Source: Leucoraja ocellata
Lineage: Eukaryota
Direction: 5' to 3'
Assembly (NCBI GenBank): GCA_036785375.1
Contig: JAWMAR010000150.1
Span: 3,534,001 to 3,598,000 of the forward strand
Length of the DNA: 64,000 nt
Under the pieces are notes generated by a model. The model did no database searches, had not been told where the DNA came from, and saw only the letters and a list, made by a program, of their open reading frames with translations. Positions 1 to 13,286 of the stretch are shown here, one piece after another. The translations under genes and the position numbers were made by a program. Position 1 is the first letter of the stretch. Every line of letters starts with the position of its first letter.

Positions 1-1144
1 ATGTCAGCTTCTACTAGATGACTATTGTTCCAGTGGATAACTGAGTTTGGGGAGCAGTGTGATGTGCAGTCTTCCCAGCTCTGACTGAAGTCTATCTGCT
101 GAATGCCTGCAAAAGGATTAAACTTGATATCAACAGAGCAGCCCCCAAGTAAATAAATGGGATGCATGAGCTGCTGGGAGAAAGCCATGTTGTTTAATCT
201 TAAGGATCTTATTGGAATATTTAATTTGAACTGGTTAATGTTGTTAAATGATACTAAATATAAATATCCACTTTTTGTCTTGAATAGTTGTGTACAGCTT
301 ACCCAAATTAGCCAGGAGAACTCTTCACACCAATGGATCCAAAATTGTGGCAAAACTTGGTACTTTCGACACGAGTACAAAACTCTTGCGATGTAAATGG
401 TGGTGCTTTTCAGCATAAAGGGTGAAGCTGCTGTGCAATCTGTTGTAATGTTTTAGTTACACTGCTAGTAAAATGCTAAATTAAAGAGTGACTTTTTTTC
501 TTGATGTTGACATAAGCACCCCTGGTTTTGAAGATGGCTCGGTCGGGCTCATTGATCAACCTCCATCCTCATATAGCTTTGCCTTTCCTCCTCTACCTCC
601 AAACTCTAATTTTCAATCTCTTGCGATTCCCTCCAGGACCCAAAGGATGGGTGTATTTTAGTCCGTAGACAAGGTGCAGATTTAAAGGTAGTTGTGAGGA
701 ATCCAATGTTTCTCTCTGCCAAGTTAAAATTCAGTTTTTTTCACCATACTTTAAGTAGAATTCTGTTTAGATGAGATTCAAGTGAATTTGGACCTGCACT
801 GTTGACCTGCGCTCCTCTTTATATCACGTTTAAATGGAACTTTCTCACATGGAAGCCATCTCACTGCTGCACTACAGTTCAAGTTGCTCATCTTTTAATT
901 TAGATGACCCCTCCCATAGAAGCACAAAGATAATTACTTTTGTCCATAGGAGTCTCAGAGCAAGGGTCTGTTTGTACTGCTGCATTGATGCAAAATGCTA
1001 ATGCTATTGCTTGGAGCTCTGCCACTAGATGGTACATTCAAACACCTGCTCTGCCATATTCTTGACTAACCCCTCGTCAGTGCTGGTGGTGACCCGACTA
1101 AACTCTTCACCTCATCATTACTCTCTTACTTTAAATGCCTTCCC

Positions 1145-1400
1145 CTTTAAGAATAAAGGGTAGGCCATTTAGGACTGCGATGAGGAAAAATGTTGTGAAT
1201 CTGTGGAATTATCTGCCACAGAAGGCCAATTCACTGGATGTTTTCATGAGTCAAATATAGCTCTTAGGGCTAACGGAATCAAGGGATATGGGGAGAAAGC
1301 AGGAACGGGGTACTGATTTTGAATGACCAGCCATGATTACATTGAATGTGTGTTGGCTCGAAGGGCCGCATGGCCTACTCCTGCACCCATTTTCTATGTT
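1145..1400 (+). mobile_element. CR1 LINE 3' end
   Basis: TTTAGGACTG..ATGAGG, GTGAATCTGTGGAATT, GGCCTACTCCTGCACC..TTTCTATGTT tail; shared with other copies in the window. Confidence 0.85.
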
Positions 1401-3519
1401 TATTCGCTGTGAAGACAACATTTCCATCTATTCCTTCTGCACAATACCACTCCCTGTGAATCAAGATCAGGACTGAGACCCTGTACAAAATGGATCACTC
1501 TCCCATTCTGTAAGCCATCACTATCTGAAGATGGATGACAATGACCAGATCTAACATCACCAGCACAGCCTTGGACCATCTGATGGATAGAAGTATGAGA
1601 TGACTTGATTCCAGCACTGTTCATGCAACAGTGATCTCCCACCCTCTTGTGCATTAATAACAATATGGTGCAGGCGTTATCTTTGAGGTTAGATGCACTG
1701 CTAACCCTGCTTCTGCAGAATCTCAAAAGCCATAAACAGGATACTCATGAACATTCGTGCTGGTTGATTTATCTATCCATTATGTCCATTATGTCCATTC
1801 GGTTTTATGATACAAGTCCCTTTATTGCATGCGAAAGAATAGACTCCTGGGGATCCTTAACTCGACTAATCAGACTAGCAGAGAAAAATCCAGGAAGCCA
1901 TTGCATGATTACAAATAATACTAGAACTCCACAACTATTATGCATAGCATATCCAACCTGTAGCAGGATCTGCATTGTACTCAATAGTTATCTCAGAATC
2001 CAAAGAAAGTGTTTTGTGAAAGCAAATGAACAACCAGGACAGGTTATGCTTAAAATTGTACCTAAAACAAATAAGGCAGCATCTGCAGAGAGAAACACTT
2101 ACTGTTTCAGGCCAAAGAACCTTTCATCATTTGAATATGGCAGTCTTGGAATTGAGCAGTAGGGACCCACAGCATTGATTGGAGTGATAAACGGTATTGT
2201 ATTGTATTATAGGTTTGGAACGTCGGAACATTGATCAGGGAATTAGCAAGAGGCCATTTCCTCAGGCTAGAAAGGAGACCCAGGCTTGGGATAAGTTCAT
2301 GTAGGACTGAGATGGGAAGGATGTCTTTATGGGAATGTTAACAGTTGCAGTTCTCTGTCCCAGAGACCAGTGGGTGGTCAGTTATCAAATGTATTCAAGA
2401 TAGCGAATAAATTATTTTATAAACTCTTCATGGGAATCATAGGATATGGGGGCCAGATGAAAAGTTGGATCTTAATGAGCCATGATCAGATATTGCATCG
2501 TGGAGAAGCTCCAGGGGCCTTGAAATACTACCCTTTCTCTAATCACCAAGAACTTTCCCAAGAGTCTGACCAAATCTGAACATGCATCCTTTTACTTTGC
2601 TGTCAGCCATCTAACCCCAAATAAATGAACTTTACTTCTTGTGTATGGCATGCACAGCCTAAAGTTGTAGACAATCTGTTCGATTTGATTGTGCACACCA
2701 GGTTGATTGCATTCGTCGAAACAGGCGGACCGCGTGAAAGTTGCAATCTCCCACCCCATGAACTTTGCTGCATGACCCACCGAGTTGCTCCAGCACTTTG
2801 TCCTTTTTATTTTGTAAACCAGCATCTGCAGTTCCGTGTGTCGAGATTCCTCAATAAATCTCAAGAATGACTTGAATTTTTTTTGACAATGTATAAACCA
2901 GCGCTATTTCTGTTCGCCAGGAACCGGGCTTTAATTATGGTGAAACAACTTGCTGTGGAAATTGCTGATTTTAATATTTGCCCTACAATAAATAACCTTT
3001 AAGTTGCTCTTAATTGTAAATATGTATTTTGCAGTGTTGTGAAGCAGCATTTAGCATGCTTTTATTTGACAGACTTGACTTCTGTTGCAAACTGATGACA
3101 TGAATAAATCATCCTATGTTTCCAAGCTGATGCAATGTCATACTCAGGGCTTGTGGTTTTGGCAAAACTTACAGAACCAGATGACTGTGTCAAAGTACTG
3201 ATTGGACAGGAGTGCTAACTCACAAGAGTAACAAATTCAAAATGCCTGTTATTTTTGATGAGTCACCTACAGAAATGGAAGGACGTGCCAATGCTTAAAA
3301 TCGAATGTCATCGTCACTGATTTTTAATGTGAAACATTGTCGCTTGTACAAAATGCAGCACATTTAAACTGTTGGCTGACAATATATTCAATAAACCAAT
3401 TTATACACATGCTTATTATTTGTGGGATTTTCTTTCTCAATGTAACAAAAATGACCAAATTATTCTTAATAACTTTTAAACTCGATATTAATTCACTATA
3501 GTTCTAGTATACTAGAGCC

Positions 3520-4381
3520 CCCCTAGTCCTTACCTTTCACCCCATCAGCCGTCGTATACAACACAATAATCCTCTGATATTTCCACCACCTCCAATGGGA
3601 TTCCACCCCTTTCCGCCTTCCGCAGAGACTGTTCCCTCCGAGACTCCCTGGTTAACTCATCCCTTCCCACCCAAACCTCCCCCTCCCCAGAAGATGCAAC
3701 CCCTGTCGCTATACCTCCTCCTTCAACTGTCCAGGGAGCCCGAAGGCCCTTCCAGGTTAGGCAGAGATTCACTTGCACCTCCTACAGCCTCATCTACTGT
3801 ATCCGTTGTTCAAGATGTGGACTCTTACACATCGGTGAGACCAAACGCAGACTTGGCGATCGTTTCGCGGAACACCTTCGCTCAGCCTGCGTGAGTCAAC
3901 CTGATCTCCCCAGTTGCTGGACACTTTAATTCTCCTTCCCATTCCTACACAGACCTTTCTGTCCTCGGTCTCCTCCATTGTCAAGAGTGAGGCTAAACGC
4001 AAATTTGATGAACAGCATGTTATATGTCGCTTGGGCAGCTTGGTATGAATATTGATTTCTCTAACTTCAGGTAGCCCTGGCATTCCCTCTCTCTATCCCT
4101 CCCCCACTCAAGTTGCACTAGCTTCTCATTTTCACCCTACAAACAACCCTCGTTTCCTTTATCATTGTTGCTTTTTTGCATATCTTTCATTCATTGTTCT
4201 TTATCTCTCCACATCATCGTCTTCAATAACTCTTATCCCTTATCCCTAACCAGTCTGAAGGGTCTCGACCCGAAACGTCACCCATTCCTTCTCTCCAGAG
4301 ATGCTGCCTGTCCCGCTGAGTTACTCCAGCTTTTTGTGTGTATCTTCGGTTTAAACCAGCATCTGCAGTTCCTTCTTACAC
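3520..4381 (+). mobile_element. Penelope-like element 3' fragment (GIY-YIG endonuclease remnant plus terminal repeat)
   Basis: Encodes CSRCGLLHIGETKRRLGDRFAEHLRS; ends in the recurrent ...GACCCGAAACGTCACCCATTCC...CAGCATCTGCAGTTCCTT terminus. Confidence 0.88.
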
Positions 4382-4544
4382 AATATAGTCATGGTCAATA
4401 TGAAACAATAAAACAACAACTTGCAGGTATAGTAATGGGCTGATTTCCTTGATCAGTTAAACCAATTGATGAAAGCTGAAGGTCACATGTAATAAATCAA
4501 TGAAGTTTTAGCTGGGGAAAGCGCCGGTACATTGACAGCTCTCA

Positions 4545-4947
4545 GAGAATGCAAGGGTTTGACCTCCCCACCGTCAAAGGGTTCTACCATAGTCGCTGCC
4601 TCAAAAAGGCAGCCAAAATCATCAAAGACCCACACCATCCTGGGCACACACTCATTTCACCATTGCCATCAGGAAGAAGGTACAGGAGTCTGAAAACTAA
4701 TGTCCAGGTTCAGGGACAGCTTCTTCCCTGCAACCATCAGGCTATTAAACACAACAACAAATAAGCTCTGAGCTCTGAGCTGCAAAGGACTATTATTATT
4801 GCACTATATTTGTTATTTATTGATTTTTTTTTTCTCATCCCTGTTATGTACTATGTCTACAGTCACATATTCTGTTGTGCCGCAGCAAGTATGAATTTCA
4901 TTGTCCCATCTGGGACATATGACAATAAAACACTCTTGACTTGACTC
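4545..4947 (+). mobile_element. Rex1/Babar LINE 3' fragment
   Basis: RCLKKAAKIIKDPHHPGH..LPSGRRYRSL; tail ACAATAAAACACTCTTGACTTGAC. Confidence 0.85.
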
Positions 4948-5989
4948 TAGGCATGCAGCCCAATGATCTAAAGCAACCCACTGCATTTTTCATCAGGGCA
5001 CAGAATCAAGTTAGAATTGATGTTCAAATTTGGGTAAGGAAGGAGCTTGGCGGTAGGGTCATAAGGAATAGTAGAATTAGGCCATTCGGCCCATCAAGAC
5101 TACTCCACCATTCAACCATGGCTGATCTACCTCTACCTCCTAACCCGATTCTCCTGCATTCTCCCCATAACCTCTGACACCCAGATTTGTGCAGCCTAAA
5201 GAACCACTGCTCTCCCAAACAGTCTTGTGTTAAAGGGCAAATTAGGCAGGATAGTTTAGCAATCGGGATATGTGGAACTTGGCACACCATGAGATGAAGC
5301 AACTGGGGGAGGTCACATGACCATGATACTGCCAGCAACTCGGGTTGCATTGATACCCAGTGTATAGAATGAGCAGATGATCACTGGGTTTGCACAGTTA
5401 GGATTCCACCAAGATTATATTGATCATATCCAACCTTTGAGAGGAAAAAAATGCCCATTTGCATTAAGAATCATTGTGTCTACAGTATAGACACAAAATG
5501 CTGGAATAGCGGGACAGGCAGCATTTCTGGAGAGAACAAATAAGTGACATTTCAGGTCGAGACCCTTCTTCATACTTCATATAGAGTTTCAGTTGTACAG
5601 GTCACTGCTGCAAAAAAACAGGTTTAGTCAAGACGTACATTTGGAACATTTGGTCTGTTTGGCACAACTAACAAAAAGTCAGGCACTGCTGGGGTCCTTG
5701 TGAGTGCCCATGGCTCTCGCTTTAATTTTGAGACAGTGAAAAGGGTAAAAAGAGAAGCTGCTGAGAGTGAGGCCAAGTTTCGCTAGGTGGAGGAGAGTGT
5801 TAGTAGAGGGAAATTATTAGGTCTCTGTTCAAGGAAGAAACAGGGCTTTCAGTGGGGATGGAGATTTAAAGGGGTGTTCATGGTAAAGAAGAGGCAACGG
5901 GGTACTAGAAATGAAAAGTTATTGAAGATATGAAGAGAGTGCAAAGCTGTCTCGGGTGTAGGTCAGAGGGGACTCGACAAGAGACGATG

Positions 5990-6600
5990 GATTCAAGATT
6001 CAATTTAATTGTCACATGTACCAATTAAGGTACAGTGAAATTTGAGTTACTATTCAGCCATACTAAGTATAAAAGCAAAAATACACACAGCACTTAAAAT
6101 AAAGTTTGACATAAACATCCACCACAGTGGAATCAACATTCCTCACGGTGATGGAAGGCAATAAGATAAAGTTCAGTCATCTTCCTCCTTTGACCGGGGC
6201 CGTTGCCGGCAGGCCATTGCCGGCAGTCCGCTGTCCAAGCCCTCTCGTCGGGATTATCAAAACTCCGGCGTTGGGACAGATTGGAACACTCCGTGGCATG
6301 GAGCTCCCGAGTCGGCCGCTTCTTAAAGTTTAACACATTGTTAAAGTCCACAGGACACGCAGTCGGCGCTCCGACACTGGAGGAAAGGCCGCACCACTCC
6401 ATGTTGCAGGCCGCAGGGGGGGGGGGAGATGCGACATGGAGAAAAATCACATCTTCATCGAGATAAGTGATTGGAAAAAGTTTCCCCCGATCCCCCCAAC
6501 TCTCACATAAAACATACCAAGAGACATTAAAACAAACATTCAAGACATACTTAAACTAATAAAAACAGAGAAGGGACAAGGCAGTCATTACGGGCACCAC
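5990..6600 (-). mobile_element. Non-autonomous retroposon with a Rex1-like (TTGAATC)n tail
   Basis: Tail resembles that of the 10269-14086 LINE; GC-rich non-coding body. Confidence 0.55.
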
Positions 6601-6616
6601 CGGATGGCTCAATATA

Positions 6617-7655
6617 TAGGTATGTTACAAAACCTACCTGAATCTTCCATGAGAATCTGCCCCACCCCGTGTACGTGATTTTGGCGCTGTTTAGAGGGGG
6701 CGGGTTTAAAACGCGATTTTTACTAGGCTGTTGCAATCGAAAATGTCCAGCCTAGTAAATCATTAACGGAAAATCGCTGAAAGACCCCGTCGCAAAAGGT
6801 ATTATTAGTTTTTATGGCCTTGTAAAATAACTATAGTAGTTTAAAAATCACTCTCTAAACCCGCGACCTCTCGCAGCCCCATGGTTTTATAAAGCAAACA
6901 ATTAAAGGTATGTACCTTATTTTTACATTAAAAGGGGCTTCTTAAGAACCCTGTCTATAAAGTTTACTATAGCGAGTAGCTCATTTTGGGCTCTTTATAT
7001 CCCGCAGTATTTTTCTGGGCATTTGAGGGCACAAATCCAGCGCAATGTGAATGTTCTAAACCAGCGCGTTCACAGGAACCCACTAGAAAGCCGATTTAAA
7101 TTGACTTTAATTTACAGCAATTGAACACTAAATTCCTTCCATTTGGCCTATAAATTGATGTAAATGAGATTTAAAAATCATGTTTTATTGTGAATTATTT
7201 GTGAATATTATTTGGACACTTAGGCTATTTAAAAATGTTAATCATTTATTAAGAAATGGATAGATGTTTAGATCTAGTAATTGAAGTTTGAAATTAGCTA
7301 CAATTGGGTAACTAACTAATTATATGCTTTAATTTCAGATCATCCAAGTAAGATTATTTTATATTTGTTTCAGAATGCTTCAATCTATGATAACTGAAAA
7401 TTTCATTCAGTTCTCTTAATTTTTAAGAAGGTTATGGGCTTTTGACTGTCCACGATCACAGCTTTTTTGTTATGTCCATAGAAAATCAATAGGGAACAAG
7501 ATACTAATTTCCGAGTATGAAAATGGCCATAACTTTTTTATTACTTGAGATATGAAAGTGAATTAGGTGTCAAATTAAACTTATTGTTATGCTTTATCTG
7601 ATGGGATAAATTGCAGACTTGATTTTTTAAATCTCAAAATTTTGTAACATTGCTA
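6617..7655. mobile_element. Non-autonomous DNA transposon with TAG...CTA termini and 7-bp TSD
   Basis: TIRs TAGGTATGTTACAAAA and TTTTGTAACATTGCTA (14/16 match); CAATATA at 6610-6616 and 7656-7662. Confidence 0.85.
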
Positions 7656-7779
7656 CAATATATTTGGAGATGAGTTGTGTGGCACATGAGCAGGAAGAAA
7701 CAATGGGTCTGCTAGGGCAGTCCTTTTTGTGGATTTTAGGAAGGAGATAAAAAGCTATGGAGGGCAGAGGTACTATAAG

Positions 7780-10008
7780 CAGGGCTGCCAACATTGGGTG
7801 AGAGTTGAGAGTGAGAAATTGCGAGGGTGTGGGAGGGGGTGTTCCCTCTCCCATAGTAGGCTCCGGAGGCGGCATTCACCCAGTCCGCTCCTGGGTTAAA
7901 ACTCCATGGGGTGTGGACAGAGTGGTCGACGGACATAGAGCCGCCGGAGGTGAGGGTGGGAGGTGTGTGCCATGCCTCAGGGAGGAAGGGGGAGGAGGGT
8001 TGGTGCCGGTAGTTTGATAGTCCTGCTTTAAACCAATCCCCTCTAGTGCTTGAATCACACATCCTGGGAAAAAGACTATGCATTCACCTGATATTCCCCT
8101 CGTGGTTTTTACTCGCCTCTAAAACAATTTTTGCTTTATTTTGAACTTTCAGCACCCGCAGATATTTGAGCGTGAGAAATTTTGTGATCAGCGTGAGAAT
8201 TTTGTGAAATGCGTGAGTCTCACGCTCAATGCGTGAGAGTTGGCAGTCCTGCTAATAATGCAAACATTTTATGCAAGTTCCAATTGTTTGGACAAAAATC
8301 ACTTATTACTACTTTATAACAGTTAAGTCACTTTAAGACCATTTCAGAAATGATGGCACTCAACAAACAATCAACTAACAAATTAAAGCAAACTAAAAAG
8401 AGATAACATGTTCCCTTTCCTGACTCGACCTCATTAGTACTTTAATGCTGTTAACAGAGCAAAGGGATATTAATATCAAGAATCAAAATGGGGAAAGTGG
8501 GGGCAATTTTGCTTAAATGGTCATTCTAAGCCCATTCAGATCTTCATAGAGTCAGAGTTATACAACATGTACGTGGCTGGCCCAATTTGTCCATAATGAT
8601 CAAGTTGGCATTCTGCATGCCCAGGGACTGGCTGTCGTTCCCAGGTCAGCTCGCGTCCCAGGGACTGGCTGCAGTTCTCAGGTCGGCTCGCCTGCCCCGA
8701 CCCTGCGAAAACAAATTGAAATAAAACTTGTTTTTTTCGGGTTATGGGCCGGATTCAGCCCGTGTACCGTAGGTTGCTGAACCCTGTCCTAGATGTTTGG
8801 CCTTATTGTGATCCTCCCCATGTTTTACAACCGATTCACCTGGTTAGTTTTATCACCGGCTGCTTCATGTTGTCGGCGGTTGCACATCCAACCAAGAAAG
8901 AAGAGACGAGAAGAGATGCGACGTCACTCACAGCCGCCAACTGACGCGCTTCCCCAGACCGCACAGATCGTTGTGATATGGGGCAAAAAAACAAACTGTG
9001 CAGGGAATGATGACAGCGTGAGAATTGGCTGAAATGCGTGACTGTCACGCTCAAAGCGTGAGAGTTGGCAGCCCTGTCTAAGGCCAGGATGTGACAATAG
9101 ACTCACAGGGAGACACATACACAAAGGAAGACACACACAGGGAGACAGACACACACACAGGGAGACAGACAGACACACACAGGGAGACAGAGACACACAC
9201 ACACACGGAGACACAAACACACAGGGATACACACACAGGGAGACAGACACACACGCACACATGGAGACACCGACACACACACAGGGAGACACACAGAGAC
9301 ATGCACACACACACGGAGACACACACAAGGAGACACACACAGGGAGAGACACACACAGGGAAACAGACAGACACACACACACCTTTCCTTCCCCCCCTCC
9401 ATCCTCCCCCTCCCTCCCTCTTTCCTCCCCTTCCTCCCTCCCCCCTCATCCCTCCCTCTTTCCTCCACCTCCCTTTCCTACCCTCCCCCTTTCCTCACCC
9501 TCCCTCTCTTTCCTCACGCTTCCTCTTTCTCCCCTTTCTCCTTCCCTTCCTTCATCCCCTTTGTACATTCCCTCCCCGTCTCTCTTTGCCTCCATCCCTC
9601 CCTTTTTTTCTTTCTCTCTCTCTCTTTCTCCCCTCCCTCTCTTTCCCCGGCCGCCCAATGGGGAGTCTGGCGGGCACGGTGTAGCGTGGATTGGCGGCGC
9701 TGGCGCTGCCGTGTGAGTTGAAGGGCAGGAGGGAGGGAGGGAGCGAGGTTGCCGCGGCAGCCGGAATCACAGCGCTCGCAGATGGCACGCAAAACCGCTG
9801 ACACCCGCTGCCCGGGACCGACGCGCTTCCCCAATCCGTGCAGATCGCTGTCATGCTGCGCAAAGAGACAAACTGTGCAGCAAAGATCCTATAGCTCTGC
9901 TGTGCAAGGATTGAAGACAGCCTGTCAGCGTGAGAATTCTGTCTTCAGCTTGAGAATTGGCTTAAATGCGCGAGTGTCACGCTCAAAGCGTGAGAGTTGG
10001 CAGCCCTG
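7780..10008. mobile_element. Composite non-autonomous DNA transposon (CAGGGCTGCCAAC TIR) with 7-bp TSD
   Basis: One left TIR at 7780 and right-end copies ending near 8251, 9076 and 10008; TSD CTATAAG at 7773-7779 and 10009-10015; subterminal GCGTGAG repeats. Splits a Penelope RT fragment (NLIVP..FYLLPKIH). Confidence 0.82.
9100..9647. repeat. Compound (CA/GA) microsatellite followed by a polypyrimidine tract
   Basis: Directly visible; explains the low-complexity ORFs here. Confidence 0.95.
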
Positions 10009-10388
10009 CTATAAGGTTGGGTTTGGGAAGGAGATACAAGCAGGCAGTGCAGGGCTGGGGTTTTGGGAAAGGGATAGAATTTCACCCCCTCCTCCCCCAC
10101 ACCACCTGGGCTCGCCCCCATTTCATCCCTTCCCCCTCTCCTTCCATCTATATTGCTCTGGTGTTACTATTCACACAGCTTCTTGCCTTAACTGACATCT
10201 TTTGTCTTTCCACCTCTGGCCTACGTGCAACTACCTCCACTCACCTGTATCCACATATGTAGGAAGGATTCAGATTCAATTTAATTGTCATTGTCAGTGT
10301 ACAGTACAGAGACAACGAAATGCATTTAGCATCTCCCTTGAAGAGCGACATAGCAAACGATTTGAATAAAAAAATAAATAATAAGTGT

Positions 10389-10390
<2 letters not shown>

Positions 10391-10420
<30 letters not shown>
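10391..10420. repeat. Poly-G run (30 nt) in the Rex1 3' UTR
   Basis: Directly visible. Confidence 0.95.
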
Positions 10421-10421
<1 letters not shown>

Positions 10422-13286
10422 GATTGGCATCACCGAGGTACGTTGTTTAGTAGAGTGACAGCCGCCGGAAAGAAGCTGTTCCTCGACCTGCTGGTTCGGC
10501 AACGGAGAGACCTGTAGCGCCTCCCGGATGGTAGGAGGGTAAACAGTCCATGGTTGGGGTGAGAGCAGTCCTTGGCGATGCTGAGCACCCTCCGCAGACA
10601 GCGCTTGCTTTGGACAGACTCAATGGAGGGGAGCGTGGAACCGGTGATGCGTTGGACAATTTTCACCACCCTCTGCAGTGCCTTCCGGTCGGAGACAGAG
10701 CAGTTGCCATACCATACTGTGATGCAGTTGGTAAGGATGCTCTCGATGGTGCAGCGGTAGAAGTTCACCAGGATCTGAGGAGACAGATGGACCTTCTTCA
10801 GTCTCCTCAGGAAGAAGAGACGCTGATGAGCCTTCTTGATCAGAGTAGAGGTATTGTGGTCCAAGAGAGGTCATCGGAGATGTTGACTCCCAGGAACCTG
10901 AAGCTAGAAACACGTTCCACCTCCGTCCCGTTAATGTGGATGGGGGTGTGCGTGCCACCTCTGGACTTCCTGAAGTCTACAATGAGCTCCTTGGTCTTCT
11001 TGGAGTTAAGGGCCAGGTTGTTGTCAGCGCACCATGCTGCTAAGTGCTGGACCTCCTCCCTGTAGGCCAGCTCATCGTTGTTGCTGATGAGGCCAATCAC
11101 CGTTGTATCATCTGCATACTTGATGATGGTGTTAGTACCATGTACAGGTGTGCAGTCATAGGTGAAGAGGGAGTAGAGGAGGGGGCTCAGCACACAGCCC
11201 TGAGGAACGCCGGTGTTCAGGGTGAGGGTTGAAGAGGTGTGCTTGTCTAACCTCACAGACTGGGGTCTGTTGGTTAGAAAGTCCAGTATCTAGTTGCAGA
11301 GGGAGGGGTCGATGCCCAGGTTACCGAGTTTGGTGATCAGTTTTGATGGAATAATGGTGTTGAATGCTGAGCTGTAATCGATGAACAGCATTCTTACATA
11401 AGTGTCTCTGTTGTCAAGGTGGGAGAGGGCGGAGTGGTGCCGTTGAGATGGCATCCTCCGTACTCCTGTTCTTGCGGTAGGCAAACTGATAGGGATCCAG
11501 TGTGGGGGGTAGGCAGCTTTTGAGGTGTGCCAGGACCAGCCTCTCGAAGCACTTGGTGATGATGGGGGTAAGTGCAACTGGGCGGAAGTCGTTGAGGCTT
11601 GCCGCAGTGGAGTGTTTTGGCACTGGCACGATGGAGGTGGCTTTAAGGCAAGTGGGGACAACTGCTTGGGCAAGTGACAGGTTGAAGATGTCAGTCCAGA
11701 CGTCTGTCAGCTGCGCAGCACAGGCACTGAGCACGCGCCCGGGGATGCCGTCAGGGCCAGCAGCCTTACGTGCATTAGTCCTACTCAGTGCCACGTACAC
11801 GTCGTAGGGGGTGAGTGTGAGGGGTTGGTGATCGGCAGGTAGCACAGCCTTGATGGCTGTCTCTAGATTGTCCCTGTCGAAGCGGCCATAGAAGTGGTTA
11901 AGCTCCTCAAGGAAGGAGGCGTCGCTGGATGTGGGGGTGATGTTGGAGGGTCTGTAGTCCGTGATGGCCTGGATGCCTTGCCACATGCGTCGGGGGTCGG
12001 AGTTGTTGTTGAAGTGCTCCTCAATCCTGAGCTTATGGCAGTGCTTGGCCTTCCTGATGCCCCTCTTCAGGTTAGCCCTGGATGAACTGTAGGCTCGAGC
12101 ATCGCCTGACCTGAAAGCGGTGTCCCGTGCTTTCAGCAGTAGCCTGACCTCGCTGTTCATCCATGGCTTCTGATTCGGGTATATGGTCACCTGTTTGAGG
12201 GAGGTGACACTATTGATGGTGGAGTTTATAAAGTCCAGAACAGAGGATGTATAGGAATCAATGTCCGTGTGAGAGTCAAGGGTGGCCTGGGCTGCAAACG
12301 CCTTCCAGTCAGTGTTTCCAAAACACTGCTGAAGTGTGAAGTCCGCTTCCTCTGACCAGACTTTAACTGTCCTTACAGTTGGTTTAACCCGTCTGATGAG
12401 TGGGGAGTACTTAGGGAGCAGGAACAATGAGACGTGATCAGACTGGCCTAGGTGGGGGAGGGGGATGGCTTTGTAAGCTTCAGCCATGTTGGTGTAGACT
12501 TTGTCCAGTGTCTTGTCTACTCTAGTGGGGAAGGATACATGTTGGTGGAATTTGGGGAGTACAGTCTTCAGGTTGGAGTGATTGAAGTCACCCGCAACAA
12601 TGAAGGCTGCCTCGGGGTTGTGCGTCTGTTGTTTGCTAATGGCAGTATGCAGCTCTTTCATTGCAAGCTTGGCATTAGCATCAGGAGGGATGTAGGCTGC
12701 AGTCACAACAGTGGAGGTGAACTCTCTGGGCAGATAGAACGGTCTGCATCTAACCAAGAGGAATTCAAGGTTAGCTGAGCAGTGACTCTCGATGATGGTG
12801 GAGTCCGTGCACCATGCTTTGTTTACATAAATGCACAGACCCCCCCCTCTGGTCTTACCAGAGTCTGATGTCCTGTCCGCTCGGAGTAAATGACGCCCCG
12901 ATAGCTGGATGGCGCTGTCAGGAACGTCAGTGTTGAGCCAAGTTTCAGTGAAGATCAAGATGTTGCAGTCCTTGATCCGGTTGTGGGAGGTGATCCTTAG
13001 CCGGAGTTCATCCATTTTGTTTGCCAGTGAGCGCACGTTGGCGAGGAAAAGGCTAGGAATCGCTGCCCTGTGTGGGGCTAGCTCTAACCTGGCCTTTAAC
13101 CCACCTCTGCGTCCCCGGCGGTGTTTTCGTACCCGTCGCCGTCTGTTGGTGCTTCTGGTGGGCCGAGCTGGCTTGGTGCGCGCTGGTGTTCTGCCGCTCC
13201 GTTGCTCCGCGTCTGCGTTACTCCGCAGGCGGTCTTCAGCCCCGCGGCTCTGCTGATGGTCTCCAGCCCTGGGGCTTACCTGGCAT

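Noticed and set aside
1647-2162. 171-aa ORF
   Set aside because: Non-ATG start, no recognisable motif and no splice context.
8924-9863. Cluster of overlapping CV-, TH- and GE-rich ORFs
   Set aside because: Translations of microsatellite and polypyrimidine tracts.
10391-10420. Poly-G run as a functional G-quadruplex
   Set aside because: It is a homopolymer in a LINE 3' UTR whose length may be a sequencing artefact; no evidence of function.
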